Assembly (NCBI GenBank): GCA_010028705.1
Contig: RHAI01000002.1
Span: 580-64,579, forward strand
Length of the DNA: 64,000 nucleotides
Reading direction: 5' to 3'
Source of the DNA: a bacterium
GTDB lineage: Bacteria; Margulisbacteria; Marinamargulisbacteria; SXXA01
Made by a program: the position numbers and the translations under genes. This document shows, piece after piece, positions 27,601-37,398 of this stretch. The notes under the pieces are model-generated. The model worked only from the letters and a program-made list of their open reading frames with translations, did no database searches and was not told the DNA's origin. How positions within the stretch are numbered: position 1 is the first letter of the stretch; each line of letters opens with the position of its first letter.

Positions 27601-27667
27601 TTAGGAGGTTTTTTCCTAAAAGTATGGATCACTGGCTGCCACATCGCGTGGCGTGGAAGGGAACACT

Positions 27668-29002
27668 ATGATCGTTATTGATAATTTTAGTCAAGTTGCG
27701 GCGCAAATTGAAAATGAACGTGGGATCTCAAAAGAAACGTTGGCTAGCGCTATCGAACAAGCTCTGGTCTCAGCGTGTCGCCGTAAATTCCACGAGGAAT
27801 CAGTTTTGGAAGGTCAGTTGGACCAGGAATCTGGCGAGGCCCGTATTTTCCAAGTTTGGCAAATAGTTGATGCCGTGTCGAATGAATATACGGAAATGAC
27901 TGTTGATGAGGCGAGAAATTTCCGTCCCGCAGTTGAAATCGGGGATGTGATTCGAAATGAAGTCACCCCTCAGGATTTTGGCCGCATCGCGGCACAAACC
28001 GCCAAGCAGGTAATTATTCAACGGATTCGGGAAGCCGAAAAAAACGCAATTTACGCTGAGTTTAAGGATAAAGTTGGGCAAATTCTTGTCGGGACAGTAC
28101 AGCGGGTTGAAAACCGAAATTATTTAATAAATCTCGGTAAAGCCGAAGCCATTCTTAATTTTAAGGACCAAATTCCCGGTGAACGGTTTATGCCCAAGGA
28201 GAAAATCCGGGTGTATATTTCAGGCGTGGATAAAAATAGTCGGGGTACGTTTATTAACATATCTCGGTCACATCCTGGACTTCTGAAGCGATTGTTTGAA
28301 CTTGAGATCCCTGAAATTCAGGATGGAATTATTGAGTTGGTGAGTGTGTCTCGGGAACCTGGAAAACGGGCAAAGGTGGCGGTAAAGTCTAATAACCCGT
28401 CGATAGGGGCTGTGGGGACCTGTGTTGGACATTTGGGCGCTCGGATTCAATCGATTATCAAGGAACTGGGTGTTGAGAAAATTGACGTTCTCGAGTGGGA
28501 TGAAAACCCTAAAGTCTATATCTCAAATGCATTGAAACCCGCGAAAGTTGATCAGGTGATTATTACCGATATTGCGGCTAAAACGGCGGTGGTGGTGGTT
28601 CCCAATGATCAGCTCTCGTTGGCGATAGGGAAAAGCGGGATTAATGTTCGGCTAACTGTGAAGTTAACCAGCTGGAAGGTGGATATACTCAGTACCGACG
28701 AATTCGGGAAAAAAGCCGGTGAAATTCGAGAAGAAAATCACCTGTCGATTGTAGATAAGATTAGAAAATCGAAAGAAGCCGATGAAGCGGATGAGTTAGC
28801 CGCCTCTGCCATCGCTAAGGCGATGGTAGATTCCGATGACGGAGTACCTGACCATCAGCTTAAAGCCTCCGAGTTCGCAAAGATTTTGAAAATTAAAACA
28901 AAGGATTTGATCGAACGCGCAAAAACAGTTGGAATCGAAATCGCAAGTGTCCGTAGCGTATTGTCTCCTGAACAAGTTGAATTATTAAAAGAAAAGATAT
29001 AA
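27668..29002 (+). CDS. nusA: Transcription termination/antitermination factor NusA
   Basis: MIVIDNFSQVAAQIENERGISKETLASAIEQALVSACRRKF. S1 and two KH domains. C-terminal acidic repeats. The start is taken at ATG 27668; the track's GTG at 27653 is also possible. Confidence 0.9.
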   Translation: MIVIDNFSQVAAQIENERGISKETLASAIEQALVSACRRKFHEESVLEGQLDQESGEARIFQVWQIVDAVSNEYTEMTVDEARNFRPAVEIGDVIRNEVTPQDFGRIAAQTAKQVIIQRIREAEKNAIYAEFKDKVGQILVGTVQRVENRNYLINLGKAEAILNFKDQIPGERFMPKEKIRVYISGVDKNSRGTFINISRSHPGLLKRLFELEIPEIQDGIIELVSVSREPGKRAKVAVKSNNPSIGAVGTCVGHLGARIQSIIKELGVEKIDVLEWDENPKVYISNALKPAKVDQVIITDIAAKTAVVVVPNDQLSLAIGKSGINVRLTVKLTSWKVDILSTDEFGKKAGEIREENHLSIVDKIRKSKEADEADELAASAIAKAMVDSDDGVPDHQLKASEFAKILKIKTKDLIERAKTVGIEIASVRSVLSPEQVELLKEKI

Positions 29003-29006
29003 TACA

Positions 29007-30953
29007 TTGAAATTAATAGACCTTTCAAAGTCGTTGGGAAAATCGCCGAAAGAGGTGATGTCTCTACTCTCCGACCTAAACATCCGAATAAAGTCACCCA
29101 ATCAAAAACTGGACGCTGGATTAGTTCAGCAGGTTAAAGACCTGTATCGCGGCGAAGACGCTCAGGATGATGGGATCGTGCCCCCGAAAGTGATCAAGGT
29201 TTCGGGTGATCGCTTGCTTATTAAAGATCTAGCCAGTCTTATAGACTGTGATTTGGGTAAATTGATGAAAGCCGTCCTTGAGAAAGGAATGTTGCTTAAT
29301 CTTAACTCGGAAATAGACATTTCGTTGGCGGTCGAGTTAGCCGCTAAGCTAAATGTTGTTCTTGATGTTGAAGGTGTCCAATCTGAGGCGCCAATGGATA
29401 TTAGATCCTCCTTGGAAAAAATCGAAGAAGCGGAACTTGATCGTGATCCTGACGCTCTCACCGAGCGCCCACCGGTTGTGACCATTATGGGGCACGTTGA
29501 TCATGGAAAGACGTTGTTACTTGATACTATTCGGAAATCGAATATTATTTCGGGGGAAGCTGGGGGGATCACTCAGCACATTGGAGCATATCAAGTAGTG
29601 GCGAAAGGAAAGAAAATTACTTTTCTTGATACGCCTGGACACGCCGCATTTACCTCACTGCGCGCTCGTGGATCGCAGATTACGGACGTTACGATTTTGG
29701 TTGTAGCGGCGGATGAAGGTATAAAGCCTCAAACCGTTGAGGCGATCCACCACGCCAAGGCAGCCGCTGTTCCGATTATTGTTGCAATAAATAAGATGGA
29801 TAAGCCAGATGCCGACCCTGAACGGGTTAAACAACAGCTTGTAGAGCATGATCTCGTTCCTGAAGAATGGGGAGGAAAGACGATCATGGTTCCGATTTCC
29901 GCTAAAGCAAAAACGGGAATATCAGAGCTTCTAGACATGATTTTATTAGTGGCTGAAATGGCTGAGTTGCGTGCGGACTCAACTTGCTTAGCAAAAGCCG
30001 TCGTTATCGAGTCTCGGTTGTCCAGAAAAAAAGGTCCGATTGCTACGGTGTTGGTAAAGTCCGGTACCTTGAGAGTGGGGGATTTTTTTGTGATTGGTAC
30101 CACCTCGGGAAAAGTTCGCGCGCTATTAAACGACCTCGGCGAGAAGGTAGATTCAGCGGGGCCCGGCGCACCGGTTGAAGTGCTAGGTATTTCTGAGGTT
30201 CCGGCTCCCGGTTCGATTCTTGAGTGTATGGTGACTGAGCGAGATACAAAAGAAGAAATGGAGCAACGCCTTCTGGCGATTGAAGGGCAAACTGGGTTTA
30301 AAACGATTACCTTGGAGGCGTTGTCCGAACAAGTCGAAAAGGGCGAAGCCCAGCGACTAAACCTGATTATAAAGGCGGACGTTAATGGGTCGTTAGAGGC
30401 CATTATTACCTCGGTTCAACAGGTGCATTCGCCAGAGGTGACGGTTAGTATTATTCATGCGGCGACCGGGCCGATTAACGAAAATGATATTCTCCTGGCA
30501 AGAGCCTCATCGGCGATTATTGTCGGGTTTGGCATAACAATAAATGGTGAAGCGCAATTGTTGGCTGAATCAGAGGGTGTCGAAATCAAGATGTACAGTA
30601 TTATTTACCAGATTCTTGATGATTTGAACCGTGCCGTACAGGGATTGTTGAAGCCTGTATTTGAAGAGGTCGAACATGGCCGGGCAGAGGTCAGGCAATT
30701 GTTTCGATTTTCTAAAGTGGGTACCATCGCGGGCTCATATGTTTTATCAGGTAAGATTTTCCGTACCAGTCAAGTTAGAGTTATTCGTAACAAGCAGGTT
30801 GTCCATGAAGGAAAATTGGGTAGCTTAAAGCGGTTTCAGGAAGATGTTAAAGAGGTTGCCACTGGGTTTGAGTGTGGGATAGTCGTTGAGGATTGGGATG
30901 TAGCGGTTGGTGATGTGATCTTCTGTTACACAATTCAGGAAAAGAAACGCTAA
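29007..30953 (+). CDS. infB: Translation initiation factor IF-2 (short form, 648 aa)
   Basis: G domain [47 protein letters not shown]-terminal beta-barrels. Position after nusA. Confidence 0.9.
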   Translation: MKLIDLSKSLGKSPKEVMSLLSDLNIRIKSPNQKLDAGLVQQVKDLYRGEDAQDDGIVPPKVIKVSGDRLLIKDLASLIDCDLGKLMKAVLEKGMLLNLNSEIDISLAVELAAKLNVVLDVEGVQSEAPMDIRSSLEKIEEAELDRDPDALTERPPVVTIMGHVDHGKTLLLDTIRKSNIISGEAGGITQHIGAYQVVAKGKKITFLDTPGHAAFTSLRARGSQITDVTILVVAADEGIKPQTVEAIHHAKAAAVPIIVAINKMDKPDADPERVKQQLVEHDLVPEEWGGKTIMVPISAKAKTGISELLDMILLVAEMAELRADSTCLAKAVVIESRLSRKKGPIATVLVKSGTLRVGDFFVIGTTSGKVRALLNDLGEKVDSAGPGAPVEVLGISEVPAPGSILECMVTERDTKEEMEQRLLAIEGQTGFKTITLEALSEQVEKGEAQRLNLIIKADVNGSLEAIITSVQQVHSPEVTVSIIHAATGPINENDILLARASSAIIVGFGITINGEAQLLAESEGVEIKMYSIIYQILDDLNRAVQGLLKPVFEEVEHGRAEVRQLFRFSKVGTIAGSYVLSGKIFRTSQVRVIRNKQVVHEGKLGSLKRFQEDVKEVATGFECGIVVEDWDVAVGDVIFCYTIQEKKR

Positions 30954-30956
30954 ACG

Positions 30957-31313
30957 ATGCCGATTCGGTTAGATCGTTATGGTTCCGTACTTCGAAAAGA
31001 AATATCCGATATTTTGTTTAAAAAGATGCAAGACCAAGGGTTGGGACTTGTGAGTGTGACGCATATCAAAATTTCGAAGGACGTATCTCAGGCCTCGGTC
31101 TATTTTAGCGTCCTTGGCGGCGATCAGGAAAAAGCAAAAGTCTATCGAAAATTGAACGATGCGGCTAAGTTTATCAAAGGTGAGATCAGTAGAGTCATTC
31201 GTAACGTTACAATTCCTGATCTGATTTTTGTGTATGATGATTCGCTGGATCGTGGCGTGCGGATGTCCCAGCGCATTGATGAAATTATCCGAGAAGACTC
31301 AAGCAACCGCTGA
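30957..31313 (+). CDS. rbfA: Ribosome-binding factor A
   Basis: RLDRYGSVLRKEISDILFKKMQDQGLGLVSVTHIKISKDVSQASVYFSVLG. 118 aa. Confidence 0.85.
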   Translation: MPIRLDRYGSVLRKEISDILFKKMQDQGLGLVSVTHIKISKDVSQASVYFSVLGGDQEKAKVYRKLNDAAKFIKGEISRVIRNVTIPDLIFVYDDSLDRGVRMSQRIDEIIREDSSNR

Positions 31314-32259
31314 CGAGATTCGGACGTTAGCGTTACAGTCCAAACAATGCCTAGTCACTGTTCACCAGGATCCGGATGCTGATGCTATTGGTTCAGCAAT
31401 CGCATGGGCCCATTTATTAAGGCAATTTGGTTGCAACGTAACGGTTTGGGCAGAGGACCCACTCGATGACTATTTGCTATGCTTGCCGGGTGCTGAAACG
31501 GTTTCTCAACACATTGACATGTCGGTTAACTATGATTCCATTTGGGTGTTGGATAATACGTCAATTGAACGGATTCGGGGGTTTGAATTATTGGTACCCA
31601 TGTTGTCGGCTGTTCCTGTTGTAAATATTGACCACCATCGGGATAACACAATGTTTGGGATGTATAATATCGTGGAGGACATTTCATCAGTTGGGGAGTT
31701 GGTCACTTGGATTGCTCGCCGTTGGAATATTCCCTTGCCGCCGGGTATTGCGGCGTGTCTTTACGCGGCAATTGCGTGTGATACTGGTCGGTTTTTATAT
31801 TCGAATACGACAGCCTCCACATTTGAAGCCGCTAGCTTTTTAATTGCGCAAGGGGTAGATCCCAGCGAATGGGGTACTCGCCTATTTGAATCCCTTCCGG
31901 CACAGGCAATGGTGACGTTAAACAGCGCATTACACAACTTAGTGATCGATTTCGAACATCGGTTTGCGTATACCACGCTCCCGTTGGGGGCCGGACCAGA
32001 CCTTGTTAAACCAATCGATTTTATTCGCCAAATTAAAGAGGCCGACGTTTTTGCGGTATTCAGGGAAGAGGCCGATCACTCGGTTCGAATTAACTTGCGC
32101 TCTAAGGGCTCGGTGATTGTATCACGTGTCGCCCATCAGTTCGGTGGGGGTGGGCATCCGAAGGCCGCAGGAATTCGATTAAGCGGTCCGTTAGATTGCG
32201 CGGTGGCTCGTGTTGTGGCCGCAGTGCTTGATGAGATAAACGATGTGGCTAATCATTGA
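31279..32259 (+). CDS. nrnA: DHH/DHHA1 phosphoesterase, NrnA-like oligoribonuclease/pAp phosphatase
   Basis: DHH motif NIDHHRDNTMFG. DHHA1 GGGGHPKAAGIRL. The start is placed at ATG 31279 (MKLSEKTQ...); the track start at 31228 overlaps rbfA more deeply. Confidence 0.75.
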   Translation: MKLSEKTQATADEIRTLALQSKQCLVTVHQDPDADAIGSAIAWAHLLRQFGCNVTVWAEDPLDDYLLCLPGAETVSQHIDMSVNYDSIWVLDNTSIERIRGFELLVPMLSAVPVVNIDHHRDNTMFGMYNIVEDISSVGELVTWIARRWNIPLPPGIAACLYAAIACDTGRFLYSNTTASTFEAASFLIAQGVDPSEWGTRLFESLPAQAMVTLNSALHNLVIDFEHRFAYTTLPLGAGPDLVKPIDFIRQIKEADVFAVFREEADHSVRINLRSKGSVIVSRVAHQFGGGGHPKAAGIRLSGPLDCAVARVVAAVLDEINDVANH

Positions 32260-32914
32260 TAAGCCGGTTGGATTTTCCTCGTTCCAGGTTGTGGCTGCCG
32301 TCCGTAAAAAGACCGGTGTAAAAAAAGTAGGGCATGCGGGCACTTTGGATCCTTTTGCATCCGGTGTCTTGGTCGTCGCAGTTGGTCGGGAATTTACTCG
32401 GTTAATCGATACGGTTCAAAGTGCCGAAAAAGAGTATTTAGTTCGTCTTGTATTCGGGATTGAGACGGAAACATTTGACCCCGAGGGAAAAATTACTGCA
32501 ATTGATACAAAAATTTCTACGAATTCTGATGTCGCACAATTTATCAATGACCCCTCGTTTCAAGATCGAATTTTACACGAGTTTATTGGGAACATTAATC
32601 AGTTTCCACCCAGATTTTCCGCTAAAAAAATAAACGGAGTACCGATGTATTCTTTAGCGAGAGCGCAGAAAGATTTTGAGGTAAAGCCTAACCGGGTGAC
32701 TATTTCGGAGTTAAGAATCGTTCGAGTGCGTAATACATCCTTCCCGTCACTAGATCTCTATGTTCGTTGTGGCAAAGGCACGTATATTCGTAGCCTAGTA
32801 AGAGATTTAGCTCGAAAGTTAAATACGGTGGCATTTGCACAATTGTTGGTAAGAACCCGTGTCGGCAACTACCGCATCGGCGATGCGATAACGCTGGAAC
32901 AATTATGCGGTTAA
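32243..32914 (+). CDS. truB: tRNA pseudouridine(55) synthase
   Basis: IIDKPVGFSSFQVVAAVRKKTGVKKVGHAGTLDPFASGVLVVAVG. Confidence 0.85.
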   Translation: MWLIIDKPVGFSSFQVVAAVRKKTGVKKVGHAGTLDPFASGVLVVAVGREFTRLIDTVQSAEKEYLVRLVFGIETETFDPEGKITAIDTKISTNSDVAQFINDPSFQDRILHEFIGNINQFPPRFSAKKINGVPMYSLARAQKDFEVKPNRVTISELRIVRVRNTSFPSLDLYVRCGKGTYIRSLVRDLARKLNTVAFAQLLVRTRVGNYRIGDAITLEQLCG

Positions 32915-33753
32915 TCGGAACGATCCCGAGGGGGGCGGCCATTGGACTGGGTGTGTTTGATGGTGTCCACTTGGGCCATCGTGAGATCGTACAGAAATCC
33001 GACGCCATTTTAACCTTTCATCCCCATCCAGATCGGGTTCTGAATAAAAATAGTCAATTAGAGTATTTGACCTCACTTAGGGAAATGCGTGCCCTGCTAC
33101 AGACATTGGCCGTGTTTCGGTTTACGACGCGAACTTCAAAATTGCCTCACGGCACATTTTTGGAGTACATTGCCCATGATATTTGTCCGTCCAAAATAAT
33201 AGTTGGCGATGATTTTCGATTTGGGTACAACCAACTCGGCACCTCTGACTTCCTGAGTGAATGGGCTAAAACAAAGGGAATAGGCGTGGAGGTTGTCGGG
33301 TTGCGTGGGGATGGCAATCAAGTAATAAAAAGCACAGTTATCCGCACCTGGATTTCCAGTGGAGATGTTGATCGGGCCTGTCAGTGGCTGGGGCATCCCT
33401 ACCCCTTATTTGGGACGGTTATTCGGGGAAAAGGTACCGGTAAAACGTTAGGATTCCCAACTGCCAACTTGGTCCTATCTCGACACAAATGTGTTCCAGG
33501 TTTTGGGGTTTATAATGCGGTGGCTCAATGGGGTGAAAAACGGGTATCGGGTATCGTGTATATTGGTCGGCGGCCAACGCTTGGATATGGTTTTGCTGTC
33601 GAATTACATATACCGGGATTTTCTGGTGATTTATATGGCCGACGATTACAGGTTTGGATAAATAGGCGTATTCGGGGAGAAATGAAATTCGAAAATGTAG
33701 CTGATTTAGTCGATCAAATTACTAGGGATATTCGAGAGTTATCCCCGTTTTAG
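32905..33753 (+). CDS. ribF: Bifunctional riboflavin kinase / FMN adenylyltransferase
   Basis: GVFDGVHLGH nucleotidyltransferase motif. C-terminal riboflavin kinase (GFPTANL...PGFGVY...DLYG). Confidence 0.85.
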   Translation: MRLIGTIPRGAAIGLGVFDGVHLGHREIVQKSDAILTFHPHPDRVLNKNSQLEYLTSLREMRALLQTLAVFRFTTRTSKLPHGTFLEYIAHDICPSKIIVGDDFRFGYNQLGTSDFLSEWAKTKGIGVEVVGLRGDGNQVIKSTVIRTWISSGDVDRACQWLGHPYPLFGTVIRGKGTGKTLGFPTANLVLSRHKCVPGFGVYNAVAQWGEKRVSGIVYIGRRPTLGYGFAVELHIPGFSGDLYGRRLQVWINRRIRGEMKFENVADLVDQITRDIRELSPF

Positions 33754-33782
33754 CCAGGAATTCCATCGATAATTTACGCGGG

Positions 33783-34523
33783 CTATTGTAGATCGGGTTC
33801 GACTTTGGATTCTTTTATTGTGGATGTGGGTACAATGGTCTCGGGGAGCATCTCGGATATGGTTTGGGTTGATAAATCGGCTACGACGTATTGGACGGGA
33901 TCACCCGTATCTAAATTGCCGTTATGATTGATGTCGACCGTGACTTTATAAATTAGCCCGGGCCCTTGGCGAGATATCCCATCAGCGGTTGATATGCCGT
34001 CAAGGGTACCAACTAATTGAGTGAAATTGTAAATCGGTTTGGAAAATTGATGTATTTCTCCCGATACAGCTCGATAGTAATAAAGTTGATGGTTATCGAG
34101 TGGGTCAATCCTTCCATTTCGGTTCGTATCTTCTACCGCCATACCGAAGACTAAAATCGATTCGCCGTTTGATAGTCCAGCAGATAGTCCAATAATCGAC
34201 ACCGCGCGGTTAAATAAAATATGTTGCTGACCAGTTTTTCTGTTATAAATTGCTAAATTCGTTACCGATTTATTAGTTAGCAGGGGGATACATACAATGC
34301 CCATCCCCTTATCGACAATTAATGGAGTGCCAGGAATTGTCCGTACCGGGGCGCTAGATTGAGTAGATGGATGTAGCGACTTGTGGGTCGGTACAATTGA
34401 ACGATAGATTCTTAGACCCCCAAGAATAATTACACCTGCCACAATCGTGAAGAGGGCGATCCTAAAATACAGTCGTGTCGTCGCTCGACGTTTATGAGAT
34501 TCCGATTTGTAACTGCTCATCAC
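33783..34523 (-). CDS. Hypothetical single-pass membrane protein with two dockerin/EF-hand-like Ca-binding loops
   Basis: TM LYFRIALFTIVAGVIILGGL. Loops DTNRNGRIDPLD and DINHNGNLDTGD (D-x-N-x-N-G-x-[IL]-D-x-x-D). Confidence 0.45.
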   Translation of the reverse strand: MMSSYKSESHKRRATTRLYFRIALFTIVAGVIILGGLRIYRSIVPTHKSLHPSTQSSAPVRTIPGTPLIVDKGMGIVCIPLLTNKSVTNLAIYNRKTGQQHILFNRAVSIIGLSAGLSNGESILVFGMAVEDTNRNGRIDPLDNHQLYYYRAVSGEIHQFSKPIYNFTQLVGTLDGISTADGISRQGPGLIYKVTVDINHNGNLDTGDPVQYVVADLSTQTISEMLPETIVPTSTIKESKVEPDLQ

Positions 34524-34731
34524 TCCAAAGTATACATTAGGGGGCCATTATAAAAAAAGTATCCAATCCCTATCGGCCGAAGATAAGGTAATGGTGTTTA
34601 CTTGTTTTGAAAGAGATAAAGTCATCGGATGCTCCTAAATTAAATGGATTACTGCGTTAGGGGAATACATGTCATTCGACACATTCCGTGGTTATCAAAC
34701 ATCGAAGTTTTTGCGATAAACGATTCCTGCT

Positions 34732-35529
34732 ATGATAGCGAGCATGAATGGTCCATTGGGTAAGGTATGGTTTGTGGGTGCCGGACCAGGAGATCCTGGC
34801 TTGATGACAGTGGCAGGCGCTACGGCGTTGTCGGATGCTACCGTGGTCCTTTATGACTATTTGATTCACCCGTCGATACTCAATTATTCCCCGAACGCCG
34901 ATTTGGTCGTTGTCGGAAAAAGTCGGGGGTACCATAGTAAAAAACAAGACGAAATAAATAGCCTTTTACTTAAATACGCTCAAGATGGGCACCGTGTCGT
35001 TCGTTTAAAAGGCGGGGATCCCTGTATATTTGGCCGTTTAGGTGAAGAATTGGAAATCCTGATTGAGAACGGAATTCCATTTGAGATTATCCCTGGAGTC
35101 ACAGCGGGTACCGCCGCTGCGATATATTCTGGAATACCGTTAACCTATCGTGAGATTTCGCGATCAGTTGCGTTTGTTACAGCGTCCACGTTTTCAAATA
35201 TTGATCAACTTGGGGATCTCCACATTCCAATTGCGGATACGATTGTGTTTTTTATGCCATTGGCCCATTTAGATGCACTGTCTGCACGTATTCCAATCGT
35301 CACACATTTTACTCTGGACACCCCGGCCGCATTAATTTCGGATGGGACTACTCAGGCCCATCGCCATGTTGTTGGAACATTAGCGACTATTGGCGAATTA
35401 TCCCGTCAACTCAATTTTAGATCTCCATCGTTGTTAATTGTCGGTGAGGTGTGTCGCTTCTCAAAGACCTTGTCCTGGTTTTCCCCTTCAGGAGACTCAA
35501 GCCCATTTTCATTTAGGAGAAATCGATAA
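34732..35529 (+). CDS. cobA: Uroporphyrinogen-III C-methyltransferase (SUMT)
   Basis: VWFVGAGPGDPGLMTVAGATALSDATVVLYDYLI plus the remainder of the tetrapyrrole methylase fold. 265 aa. Confidence 0.75.
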   Translation: MIASMNGPLGKVWFVGAGPGDPGLMTVAGATALSDATVVLYDYLIHPSILNYSPNADLVVVGKSRGYHSKKQDEINSLLLKYAQDGHRVVRLKGGDPCIFGRLGEELEILIENGIPFEIIPGVTAGTAAAIYSGIPLTYREISRSVAFVTASTFSNIDQLGDLHIPIADTIVFFMPLAHLDALSARIPIVTHFTLDTPAALISDGTTQAHRHVVGTLATIGELSRQLNFRSPSLLIVGEVCRFSKTLSWFSPSGDSSPFSFRRNR

Positions 35530-36797
35530 TGGATAATTTAGTAAATTTACTGAAGCGAAAAGGTACGGGGCCCACAATGAGTAAGTCTTTGTCCCATGAA
35601 GACCTGTTGCAAATCGATCAGTTTCTAGCCGATTCATCGCAATCACTGACGACGTTAAGTACCCTGCTAACGGCCATCGTAACGTTGGCCCCGAGTCCGG
35701 TCGAGTTGGACTGGATCAACCGTTCACGAATGAATTTAACAAAAATCCCCTATGAACTGAGGTGGCTACTGTCACAAACGCCTGAATCGGAATTTCAGCG
35801 CGTGATATTAGACTGCATTTCAGGAACGAACTTATCCCGAGTTGAGGCACGCCGTTGGATGGATAAATTATTTAGTGATACTCCCGATTGGGAAAAAGCA
35901 GCGTTTTTAGAGGCGCTTCGACTACGCCGGGAATCACCTGAAGAAAATCAAGCGGCACATGAGATGTGTTTGGAGCGGAGTCATCGTATCTCAACGTCAT
36001 GGCCTGAAATTATTGATATATCTAATGGCTATGATGGCTTTAATCGTACCCCTTATTTGGCACCATTTGTCGCCTCTGTTATCGCCGCGTTGGGCGTTCG
36101 AGTGGTCTTACATGGGATTGATGAGGTATCGCCTAAACAAGGAATCACGACCCACAAATTGTTAGCGGCAGCTGGGAAAAATGCGATACGTTATCCTGCG
36201 GATATCTGCCATGATCTGGAGCGAGTAGGGTGGACCTACATCGATCAGACCATATTCTCTCCGGATATAGCGAGTTTGAAACCCCTGCGAATGGCCATGG
36301 TCAAACGACCAATTCTAGCCACGGTAGAAAAATTATGCCTACCTGTTACCGGCGCATGGACAGGTATGGTCACGGGGTATACCCACCCGCCTTACAAAAG
36401 TAAGACCGTGGCGTTAATCGCCAATCTGCCACTGGAATCGGGTGTCATCATTCGAGGTAGCGAAGGTAGTTCACAGCCTCCGTTGGATCGTCGATGTCCT
36501 CAGATTCGGATGGGTAATCAGCAAATCATCGACGATGGGTTTGTCCGTCCTGAGGATTTTCACTTGCAAACACTCACTTCGCTTCCATGGGAATCAATGT
36601 CGGTGGAACGTAATCTTCAAGAGGGTATAGACGGATTGGCTAATCCCCAAGGGATCAGCACTGATCTGATTCGATACCACACGATGCAATTATTAGCGGC
36701 TGTATCACCACCGAGTTTGCAGGGTAAGAATCTGGAAACTATTGTTCAAAATGTGATTCAATCAGGTAAGGCGTTAGAGCGATGGGCCCTGTTTTAG
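35529..36797 (+). CDS. Glycosyltransferase family 3 (TrpD/YbiB-like) protein with a degenerate PRPP-binding motif and a ~150-aa N-terminal extension
   Basis: DISNGYDGFNRTPYLAPFVASVIAALGVRVVLHGIDEVSPKQGITTHKLLAAAG aligns with TrpD [52 protein letters not shown] (from memory). GTGGDG is replaced by SNGYDG. Confidence 0.4.
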   Translation: MDNLVNLLKRKGTGPTMSKSLSHEDLLQIDQFLADSSQSLTTLSTLLTAIVTLAPSPVELDWINRSRMNLTKIPYELRWLLSQTPESEFQRVILDCISGTNLSRVEARRWMDKLFSDTPDWEKAAFLEALRLRRESPEENQAAHEMCLERSHRISTSWPEIIDISNGYDGFNRTPYLAPFVASVIAALGVRVVLHGIDEVSPKQGITTHKLLAAAGKNAIRYPADICHDLERVGWTYIDQTIFSPDIASLKPLRMAMVKRPILATVEKLCLPVTGAWTGMVTGYTHPPYKSKTVALIANLPLESGVIIRGSEGSSQPPLDRRCPQIRMGNQQIIDDGFVRPEDFHLQTLTSLPWESMSVERNLQEGIDGLANPQGISTDLIRYHTMQLLAAVSPPSLQGKNLETIVQNVIQSGKALERWALF

Positions 36798-37363
36798 GCA
36801 TCGCTATCTGGCGACTCAAGTGTGCATTGAATTGGGCGATGGTGTATTCTGGGGCGGCACATCGGTACGAGTGGCGTCATTACTTTGGGGATTCGAATGC
36901 AATAACCCCTGGCGAGACGCCCGAACCTGTTCTCAAAATGATTGCGTTGGCCGCTGGATTTCGATCAGGAATGCGTGTGCTCGATTTAGGATGTGGACGT
37001 GGGACTGCCCTGGCATATTGGTCAATGCTTTACGGCATCCACCCTATCGGTATCGAGCGGGTACGATCCGTAGCGCACGCGGCGCGCCTCTTGTTACAAT
37101 CGATTATCGCCACATCCGAGATTCTCACTGGGGACTTTTTCGGTATCGTATGGCCAGAGGTTGACGCCGTGGTGGTGTCGACGACGTGTTTTTCTGCCCA
37201 GGACCTAGACCAGCTGATGCATCGGTATAGGCAATTGCCAACGGGTACAGTTGTTGTCCAAATATCGAATGATGTACCGATGAACGAATTGAAATGTATT
37301 TGGCGTGGGAGTCACCGTTTTCCTTGGGGAAATTGTCCGATCAGTGTATTTAGATGCGTGTGA
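36782..37363 (+). CDS. Class I SAM-dependent methyltransferase
   Basis: Motif I VLDLGCGRGTALAYW. Post-I acidic residue. ~190 aa. Confidence 0.55.
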   Translation: MGPVLGIAIWRLKCALNWAMVYSGAAHRYEWRHYFGDSNAITPGETPEPVLKMIALAAGFRSGMRVLDLGCGRGTALAYWSMLYGIHPIGIERVRSVAHAARLLLQSIIATSEILTGDFFGIVWPEVDAVVVSTTCFSAQDLDQLMHRYRQLPTGTVVVQISNDVPMNELKCIWRGSHRFPWGNCPISVFRCV

Positions 37364-37398
37364 CCCGCCCGTCCATATCCACTGATATTATGGCCCAA

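Noticed and set aside
26349-27652. Possibility that the C-type-lectin protein is a diversity-generating-retroelement (DGR) target, as with Mtd/TvpA-type CLec variable proteins
   Set aside because: There is no reverse-transcriptase ORF and no template-repeat copy of the gene's 3' end anywhere in the window. The gene is followed directly by a terminator and nusA. Treated as a plain CTLD protein.
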